This document shows, one piece after another, positions 54,121 to 64,000 of a stretch of 64,000 nucleotides of DNA. The stretch's first letter is position 1, and each line of letters begins with the position of its first letter. The position numbers and the translations under genes were made by a program. The notes beneath the pieces are model-generated. The model was not told the origin of the DNA and did not search any database. It was given only the letters and a program-made list of their open reading frames with translations. The stretch is from Oopsacas minuta (Eukaryota; Animalia; Porifera), in NCBI GenBank assembly GCA_024704765.1, contig JAKMXF010000199.1, positions 372,001-436,000 of the forward strand, in the 5' to 3' direction.

Positions 54121-54291
54121 CTTCAGAATGTTCAAGCGATTCCGTGGTTTAGTATTCCCTCCTCAATATAGACAATACCTTTCCGTACAGAGCATTAGAG
54201 GATAAAGATTCCGAGATTCTCAAACTGTACAGGGCGGTATTGGTAAATCCCCTAGGCCACAAATGATGACTACGTCTTATTTCTTCCATAG

Positions 54292-54512
54292 AGGATCAAA
54301 TTCATTTTCTTGAGTTCATTGAATATATCAGTAAGATAACACAGAATTTCGACCCAAGGGTGACCCGAGAATTGTTAAGCCAAGTCCGATCTCAATTGTC
54401 TAAGGAAATTTCAAAGCCTTCTAGAAGTTCAATTACAAGATTAAACACTTCCCTTGGTATAATAGAGCCTCATAAGGTTCACTCATCTCTTTCTACATCT
54501 CCTAGAAAACCC
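54292..54512 (+). other. candidate plus-strand exon of an unknown gene
   Basis: Open 73 codons (DQIHFLEFIEYISKITQNFDPRVTRELLSQ...SPRKP) between a polypyrimidine-AG and a GTGAGT donor. No recognised homology. Confidence 0.3.
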
Positions 54513-57500
54513 GTGAGTATTTATATTTAGATTAAATAAAAATCACTACCTTAACTTTTTCGAATATTCCTTTCAGCCCAAATGGTAAAGTATTAATCCT
54601 GGGAAAGAAGCCGTGAACTTATAATGATGGAAAGCGATGTTCTTCTTTTCTCTTTTACGTAAACTCTAAATCCCCAAACCCCAGCTATTATAGTAGGCGC
54701 ATTGTCAAAGGAGACCTATAAATGATAATATTATAGAAATATCGGATATTAAACCTGGGGAGAAAAAATGGTCAGGTTAAACCTTAATAGCACTATGAAA
54801 GTGATTCGGTTGAAACTGTACCTATAGACTAGCACAGACATTTGTTCAATTGATTGTATTGTTGATGTGACTATATGTGATTTGATTTATTGGTTGAATC
54901 TACACTCTTGGTAACTCAAAAGAGACTTTTCAAATTTATCATGATGTATGATATATTTCATAGTTGTCACATCTTAATGATCCAAAGAGAGACCACGAAA
55001 TTAAACACAATCTTAACCTTCTCATTACAACTTTCGCTTGAGAATATTATTGCGGTAATAAATCCTATTAGCATCAATTCAGTCGACAAATTTGAGTAAT
55101 TCAACTGTCCCTCTCACTAATAGATTTTTTACAAAGATTGACTCAATTGATATTTTCATACCTGTGTGAACATGGTTCCAATCTAAATTATGCTAAAATA
55201 AAATTCGATGACGGAGTTAATCACATGTATGCGTATTGTTTTTGTCAATATGGGCTCACACATCAAAAGATGCTCTTTGATTTCGCCGAAGTGATAATAA
55301 TGAATGAAGCCTAGCCAAACAGCACACCTGGAAACGTTTGTCAACATCGAACTGCGACGAAAGCTAGATCATTTTGGAGGATCGGATCGAGAATAGAATG
55401 AAAAGATCTCGATCCTTCCAAAATCTACTTACAGGAAATAGTACTATATTCAAACTTAGGACTGACTAACGAACAAAAGCTGTTATTAATTCAACAATCC
55501 CAATTTCATCCATACTTCTATTAAACTAGGCGCTAAGCTTGCTTGAGCTACGGGGCTTGGGCGAAAAATTTGTGCTAATAGTCGAGATACGGGCACCTCT
55601 AGAATATGTACATACTATACTGGTATCTAAATAACTATTAGAAAAATTTTTATCAGATCGAAATTAGTTTCAGACTTTGCAATATTTCCAATCGATCTAC
55701 AGTCTCAGATAAGAAAAAACTTGCATACAATAACTACACTAATACTACAATACATATGATTGTCGGTTTAGTATTAAATCATTAAAACGGCTCTAAAAAA
55801 GTTGGTACATAGGCTACTTACTAATTAAAATATAATTCACAATATAGTCACATGTTTGTCCCGAGTATTTTGGAAATTGGAAATAAAGGTGAAATAATTG
55901 CATCCAAATTAACAGGTACCGTATATGTTTGGGCTTAACATTTGAGTGAACAGGAATTCTCAATTGGGAAATCATAAATCTGATAGGTCAATACATTTTT
56001 AGATCTATCTAAGAGAGTTTATGCGATATCACTTAGATATTGGAATATAATCCTAGACTAACCACATGCCATATACCTGCCAAATTTCAAGTTTGTAGTT
56101 CTCAGAATTTCCTCAATCTGGATTCAATATTGATCAATACATTGGTTATGTGATAGAAAATTTGTCACCCTTTCTCAGGGACCAGTAAAGATTTAGTAAA
56201 TTTAGAATAAATTGCATACCCAGGCGAGTTCGTAGCTCATATCAATTCCAGAATCAAGTTGGATAAAACAATAAATGTGCCGACAGTTTAGTATATTGAG
56301 TAAATTTGTTAAAATGGGAGAGAGTAATGAAAGGCATAATGCTTATTTGGATATAGTTTGGCACAATTTGTAATAAATCATAAATCTTTGCTCACTACGG
56401 TCGCAGGTAGTGAAAAATTGAATAAACACCCATGTTGTCAAATTTTCAAATTTTCTCTACTGTGGTGACTTCATTAGAATAATGGGAAATGTATGCCATT
56501 TAGCATATACTACATTTCATAAATTGCAAGAATTATTCTATCTTACATAAAAATGGGGTAATAAGCATGCAACTATTATATGACGCCATCTTGAAATATC
56601 AAAAATATATATATTCAATTAATGTCCCAAAACATTCGTGTTTTGTCAAAGATTTGAATTGCAATTTTGGATATTTCACCATTACTACACTATGGTTTCA
56701 GCATTATCATGCCCAATGTGTCTATCGCACAGCCTACGAAACTAAAGCCTATCCACGGTGTAAAATTTTATGGACCATGGATTTTATTAAGTCAAGGAAT
56801 TTGACTTGCAATTCTATTTTCTCGATAATATTTAACTGGTGTATTGGCTAAAATAAAAGTCCAATTGACAGTTAATAGTTTTCAAATGCCATATTATCCA
56901 ACTATTAATGGTTTGAAATGACGTCATCTGTTTGGTTAGGAGGGCAATATGTTGTTAAAATCTACCATTTTTGAAGCTCTGATAAACGATAACTACTTCG
57001 TCTCCGATGCCAGAATGAATATCAAGTGATCAAAAGATGGTTATATATAGAATATTTTGCAATTATAAAGTCGTCCGTTACTGAGTTTAATTAAGTACCA
57101 TGGATGGCACATGTTCCGGCAATATCGACTTTCAACTCGATAGTCGCTAGAGTGAATATCAAATAATTCCAACTAATATGTACTCTATACCAAAACTCCC
57201 ATACCCTTGTAATACATTTTCATACGATATCTTGAAGCACTATTGCGTAATCTTGATAATGACCAAAATATGGGCATAATCCCGATTACGTCACACCGAC
57301 CTGAGAGATCGTATCAAAATGTACTCCAAGAGTTTGGGAATTTACGTATAAAGTACATATTGTTGGACTTATTTAATAGTTACCCTAGCGACTATCGAGT
57401 TATTAAGGGATTTACCAAATACGTTCAATCCATGGTACCAAATATAACTCATTAACTTGACAATTTATAATTACAAAAATGTCTAAAATTCTCTGTGCTA

Positions 57501-57784
57501 TCTAAATTCCATTGTAAAGGAAGACATGTAAGAATAATAGTTACTAATTGTCTCAGGAATTAGTGCGATTGACTTTATAGAATGATCCTTCCATTGAATT
57601 GTCTATAGTTTGCTTCAACACACTTCGATTCTAATCGATTCACGACCTGATGTGTAAGGTACTTAACGAACGTTTCGATCTGAAGCTTCAAATTCTTAGT
57701 ATATGGCACAAGTCCGTCGATTAATGGAGTTGTCAGGTTCTTTGCAGCCTTTTCACTAAATTGCAAAAGGAGTGACAAGGTATA

Positions 57785-59087
57785 CGAGGGGTACTCAATA
57801 AGTTTTGAGCCTAAGTATCAAAAAGCATCAATCTATATAAATTTTTACCATAATTGTTCGAAATAGCATCCTTTAGCTCGAATGCACTTGTTCATTCGTT
57901 TAAACCAAGCTTGAATAACTTCTTGAAATTCATCTTCGTTGATGTCTCCGATCACTTCTCTGAGGGCCCCCTCAAGTTCAGAATTCGATGAAAATTTCTG
58001 CCTTTAAGGTATTTTTTTTATTCTAGGAAAGAGCCAGAAGTCGCAGGGTGCTAGATCTGGAGAATAAGGGGGGTGTGACGAAATATGTAGTCCTGATACT
58101 TCAATGAATTGTCTTGTCATTTTTCATGTATGAGAACTGGCATTATTGTGGTGCAAAAAAGTTCCCCTTAATCCTGACCAGGACCTTGTAAATTTATTGC
58201 TTTTATGACTAGAGGCAAACAACTCTCTGTATACTAGGTTGAATTAATTGTCTTACCAGGTTCAAGAGGTACAACAATTTTAACACCCGTTGTATTAAAA
58301 AATGCATACATTTGTTTCTTAGAGTACTAAGTTCTGCGAACCTTTGTTGGGGACCTTCTCCAATTTCACACCATTGACGGCTCTGCTGCTTAGTTTCTAT
58401 ATCATAGTGATAGATCCATGTGTCATCACCAGTTATTATTTTGGAAACATCCCTACTGTTGCCATTGTTGAATTTTTTAAGCATTTCATGGCACCATTTC
58501 ACTCGAATCTGCTTCTGCTAAGGATGAAGTTGATGTGGGATCCAGCGGGCAAAAAGTTTATGCAGCTGAAGGGATTGGTGTAAAACGGTGTGCACTGCCC
58601 CGGATGAAATGCCAATTTCGTGCTGAATCCTCTCATATGTAACATTTGGGTCTGCTTTCACCATGTCCTTAATTGACTCAACATTTCCCTCTGAAACAGC
58701 GTATGGGGGCTTTCCAGGGCGGGGTTGGTCTTCAAGAAGAAAATTCGCACAATTAAATTCTCTGTACCATCTTTTCACTGTTGCCGCAGATACCTTGTTA
58801 TTTGGAAAGGCTGTACAGAAATTTTCGTGACATTCTTTTATTGTTTTCAAAAGTTGGAACTGAAAAAGTATTATCGCACGAATATGAAGCCTTGATAACT
58901 GTATTGAGGATTAGGTAACTAAGGGATCCATAGATAATAAAACTACTGCTATCTGAAAAGTATACAAGATTAAGTTACAAGATTTTTAGCGAAGCATATT
59001 TATCCCATGTTTATTCGAAACAAGTAATGGTTTACTTATATAAGAGCCGCAACATAGTCAGGCTCAAAACTTATTGAATGCCCCTCG
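57785..59087 (-). mobile_element. mariner family D, defective copy
   Basis: TA|CGAGGGGTACTCAATAAGTTTTGAGCC...GGCTCAAAACTTATTGAATGCCCCTCG|TA. Broken transposase with RWIPHQL, TGDDTW and PYSPDLAPCDF. Confidence 0.92.
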
Positions 59088-60165
59088 TATTCCTCAGTTC
59101 CAGAAAAAGCTTAACCATGCACTTAGGACATTCATACCGTTCCGTATTTACTGGAATAAAATATATATTATACTATATTATATTATCGAAATCAATATCA
59201 AGGCAAAAATACTTTCGATGTGACTACTAATTAAGATTAAGAGGCCTCAGAAACATATAATTAAAGATACGATGGATTGGAGTGAAATTTAACATACTTT
59301 TGATCATATACGCATATAGATATCGAATTCTTGCTATCAATAACAAATGGTCCCTTCTGCTGGCAAGATTCCTAGTTCGAAAGCATCATCCTTAAATCAT
59401 TCGATAAAAGTAATCTAAATCCCCACGATCTGACGGATTGTCACTTGACAAATCGAAGTCTTGAACGAAGCCAACAATTAAAAGGATTTAATCAGTTCAC
59501 GCATTTTTAGCATCAGTTTCAAGGAGAATATTAAACAGATCTAGGGTACTCTATGCGGTATTGGTTATCATAAAGCATCGTCAAGTATAGTTTGTGGGAA
59601 AATCTATATCCTCATTTTAGCCTTGTGATGTAGTAGCTTGAAAGGATTCATGAATTAAGCTGTGAGATATCTTATTGGGGTATGGTGAAAGGTGGAGATG
59701 TGCCTAAACTAAGCTTAAATAATGTAAATAGTCTATTGACATTCCAAACAGGAACTATATTTTCTCCTTCTCCTCTCGCAAATTCACAACAGATGGTTAA
59801 TAAAGTTTCCTCAAATTCCAAATGATTTAATTCAAAAATTAAGTAAATTTGTTTGATTCGATATACAGTTTATGATATTCCAAATTAAGTAATGTTTGAA
59901 CAGTTAGTGCTGTACGAAAATTATTGTTAGTACTGAAAATCTAACAAGTCAGTTGACTGTGATTCATTAGTACATGTAAATAACGAAATGTATCAAAAAT
60001 AAATGAAACGACATAATATATGACCGAAATGAGAATAAGATTAGAATAATATTAAATGATAATTCGAAACTAAAACTCTAATGGTATAAAATCACAAAAA
60101 ACTACAATTCCTAAATGATAATTAATTTTAGTTGAATTTTTACACTTTTCATCTATCCCTCAAAT

Positions 60166-62097
60166 CAGTGATCTGCGGAAATATATTACGTGTCCACCAA
60201 TGGTGTAAGGTTCCGCGGGGGTCAGCAAACTGATGAAAGGGACCATGCCTCTACTTAAGATTAATCAGTGCAGTAATAAGCAACTTGAAATCTTTCCAAC
60301 AATGTTTACATCATTTGTTAAATACATTTTGTTTAGCCGGCTACTAATAAACCAACATATCAATAGATTTTAGAAACACGACCACCCAAAATTCCGAATA
60401 AAGAGCAGTATTTGAGAACGAAATTTAATTATAAAACCGGAATTTCGGTAAATTAAGAACTACATCAAATATCGATTGCTACGAAATACTTAAAATATCC
60501 TGACAAATAAAAGAATTCATCTCCAGTACATCAATATACTACAGGTTACAATATACAAGAATACATGCAGGACGCTGAAAAATATTTCCTATCTATTCTA
60601 TCACAACGCAATTAATCTGTATGCATATATATGTTTGTATGTCCAGAATTGATTGAAGTAACTAGAGACCTCCAGGACTGATTTTAGGCTACAGGGGTAT
60701 TTTCAGCCGGGCTCGGGCAAGTTCGAGTCTTGGACGAAAATTAACACTTAAATTATACTGCCATTGTCACATTTTGGAATATCCAAAAAGAACATTATTA
60801 ACCCTGTTCAGGCAATCTAGATTATAGAAGAATGAAATTGGAGAAACAGGTACCCCTCAATGTGACAACTGTCCTGAAGGCAATTCTGACCAAAATCGAA
60901 CTTATTTTCGGCTAAATTATGAGTTAGCTTAATTGGGCTAAAGCTAACTCATAATCTTAATGCACGAGGCACGAGGTACAGAGATCGCTAACCCAAATTG
61001 GCATGGACCTCCATTGTGACCACATAAGGACAATGGAATTTGGATGGATCGTGGACAATAAACGATTTTACTGAGATTAATAACATAATGAAATGAATTC
61101 GTGACATTTCTCTGAACATTGTTAGAATGAGAAACATAAACTCTTATGCGTAAAGAGGTGAGGTGGCTGTCTCATGGGCGACTTTTCGAATTGTGGGAAA
61201 AGTGAGAGTATTCCTGAGCGAAATACAAAGTGAATTCAATTACATATTTTGAGTCAAAAGAGTGCATGTTACGTCTAGCGAATTTGAATGGCATATTTGA
61301 TCATTTCAACTAAGCAAATATGAAATTGATAGCAAACAGGTTATGAATGGCTTTTGAAACGTCTCATACTCTGGTGCGATAACATTCAGCGATGTAATAT
61401 GGAGATATTTCCCGAACTCAGTAAATTCCTGGCCGAGCTATATTACCATCCCCCTTGGGTGTAAGAATTCGTTTCTCAAATGACAAATTTCGTGTCGGAA
61501 ATCACTGCGCAATTCATGGAAATTCAGAAGTTGGAAAACTTATCCTTGTAGAAGAACCATTTACGCTACTACGAATGAGGTCGACTATGTTTCCAGTATA
61601 GCTGAAGAAGAACTGATTGATATACATAAAATATAGCTGCAAAGCGATTTTATGATAAAGAGAGATTCTCAAAATTCTGGCTTGAAATGGGCCCGACACT
61701 AACCCTAATTCGCACTACCATAGTAATAGGTGATATTTTGTAGTTTGCAACAATGTACATAGCGCGACCGCCTTTCAGCGCAGTCACTGTCATCAAAACT
61801 AAGACTCGCATTCAACTGGTGGTTCAGAACGATCTCAGGATGGCGCTGCCTAACGTTTCTCCTAATATTGAAGAATTTGTGAAATTTTCTCAAGGACAAA
61901 GAAGTCATTAAACACAAGATATATTTCATTTCATTCATTATATACAATTAAATATTGGTAGTAATTAAATCAACTAACTGAATCACAGTAAACGAATTTC
62001 ACATTTATAGCAATATTAATCAATAACAGTTGGGTTCCACGGAAAAAATTCTTGAATGGGAAAGGGTTTTTGAAGGGAAAAAGGTTGCGGTACACTG
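60166..62097 (+). mobile_element. degenerate, internally deleted Buster/Charlie-type hAT element
   Basis: CAGTG...CACTG ends with GGTTCCGC/GGGTTCCAC subterminal motifs. EVRWLSHGR at ~61155 and C-terminus FATMYI...FSAVTVIKTKTR..LVVQNDLRMAL.NVSPNIEEFVKFSQGQRSH*. Confidence 0.8.
60619..60991 (+). repeat. copy of the 43139 repeat family, nested in the Buster-type element
   Basis: Shared ATATGTTTGTATGTCCAGAATTGAT, TCGGGCAAG, TCTTGGACGAAA, CAGGTACCC..TCAATGTGACAA and CGAGGCACG blocks. Confidence 0.7.
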
Positions 62098-63099
62098 CAG
62101 TGAACAATTCAAAAATGTTAGACAGGCACTTATAACTACTATACATTCAGTGTGGATCATATATACTATTAGTACAGTAGCCTAGCTACAATATTAATAT
62201 TAGGAAAATGGATTGGAACATATTTGTGGTTAATACATATGCTACCTGATAATTCACTAACTTAGTTTTCTCAGTCTAATAGCTCGCTAATAAGAACAGA
62301 AATAAATACAATCATGACGAATGGAATGTTTAATACAGATGAACCCACAAAATGGAAAGAGTACTCAATGATCAGGTTATGATGACAGAGCAAAAATGCA
62401 AAATTTAAAATGCTTTATTTCATTTTCAACCTAAATTTATGGATATTGCCAACGGTGCTATTGTAGTTCTATTTGAACAAAATTACAATGGTACCGTTAT
62501 CAATATACTTAAATTCAACATAAACAAAAAATATTTTATGTTGATAATGACAAAGCATAAAATGAGGATTGGAGGTCGCAAACTCCCATCCCCTCAGTGA
62601 GGGGCAAATATTATTTTCAATCCCTTCGATGAAAGAATTTACATTGAATATACCAATAAATATATCACTATCAAGTCTAAGTGAATTTGACAATATTTCG
62701 GTGATTATTTCAATTTGGCTATATCATCTCATTTCTTCTGATATAATACAGAACAAGGATTCTAGAAATAGCAAAATACGCATAGATTTCTCACAGATCA
62801 AAACATATATATATTTAAACTAACCACAAATCTATACGGGATAGTCAAAATATGATCGGAGTTCGCGATCCCGTTCCTTGCGAAATATTCATGAATTGCA
62901 TCTAATCGAGCCACCTCTTTATCGGTTCGATAGAATAGATAGCTATCCCCAAAGTGTTACAGCAACCCAAAACAAACTGACATAGGTAAAACTACATAAA
63001 ATTTGTAAATTATTAACGCAAATGAACAAATAGATGTTGAAATACAATGTTCAGGACATATTAAACGACGCACTACTAACCACTATGATATCAGGAAAA

Positions 63100-63530
63100 A
63101 TATTTTTACAAATTTAGATTCTGACCCATACCTCCATATATAATAATGCGATGAATAAACTAGCTACTGATGGATAGGTAAACAACTCTGTCAAATTGTG
63201 ATAATTCTCAGGACTCTTTTCCAAAAGCTAATGACGAAGTGTGTCAGGAAATTATTAGGAGTTGGGAAATGCAACCTGCCAGGCTTCGTTAAATGATTCT
63301 AACAAACATTTTAAAGAATTCTTTTCTTAACGACAGATTCGACTCAACAGATTGTGGGAAACAATATTCAAACTGGTTTCGTGGTCTGTAAAATCCAAAT
63401 GGTCTGGGGACTGGTAGAATACACATACTACCATGATATCTGAAGAGGAATTGGAGCAAAAATATCTCAAAAAACAGAGCATTTTTCGTCCCAAGCTCCT
63501 TTGAATCCACCAGTAGTAAATGCAAATCCT
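63100..63530 (-). pseudogene. possible LINE endonuclease remnant
   Basis: Minus-strand frame SNSSSDIMVVCVFYQSPDHLDF resembles the APE-domain V..YRSP motif; stops and frameshifts. Confidence 0.3.
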
Positions 63531-64000
63531 ACATTTCTTAGAATTGACCCTATTTCAGATATACATGTTTTACAAGGGTTAGATGATTAAGTTCTGCTTA
63601 CCTCAAACTGATTCAACGCTCAAAGATTTGGGAATTATAACTACGTTCATATCTAACTATTGATACTACAATTTTATCATTGGAATCCCAGGAATGGTTC
63701 AAAGATCTTGGAAACTCATCATTCTTGCAAAAGCGTGCTTTTATGTGTTTCAAGGTTCTTTTGTCTCAGCAAAAGTAGCATTATTGCACAATAATGAAAG
63801 AAAAACGTGAGAAAAAAATTACAACCGGGACTGACAGCTATATCTATTAAATTTTGTTTTAAAAGTGGCACTATTAATTGGAGGTACCATGAAAGGTCGG
63901 GTTTAATTTCATTACACATAGTGCATCCAATTAACAGTGGCACTTTCTAAACAATATTATTCAATAGGCTAAGTTGTTAGCACAGGTTGTAATTATATCT

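Noticed and set aside
1-64000. Fanzor/TnpB, recombinase, CRISPR, rRNA or tRNA genes
   Set aside because: Manual reading found no RuvC-type motifs, no RDxNAAxNI ending, no repeat-spacer array and no structured RNA gene. A profile search would be needed to exclude very decayed copies.

Overview
AT-rich eukaryotic DNA, most likely from an invertebrate animal (inferred from spliceosomal introns and the transposon families present). The only firmly recognisable host gene is an RPA1/RPA70-like gene on the minus strand. Three exons (44794-44978, 15275-15547, 2846-3041) splice in frame and collinearly through canonical GT-AG sites, across introns of about 29.2 kb and 12.2 kb. Its 5' half and last exon were not found in the window. 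Most of the rest is nested DNA transposons. There are at least five mariner (DD34D) lineages, including one intact copy at 45937-47275, and one maT-type (DD37D) element. There are several hAT remnants and four THAP/P-type elements, one with ~163-bp TIRs and a 7-bp TSD. A Chapaev3-like element, a 912-bp foldback, MITEs and faint LINE/LTR remnants complete the set. The most striking structural result is a ~7.3-kb intronic inversion between two opposed mariner copies: a hAT transposase split into opposite-strand halves rejoins in frame through the TA target site. No rRNA, tRNA or CRISPR was found, and there is no evidence for a prokaryote-type novel system. Family names come from recognised motifs, not database searches.
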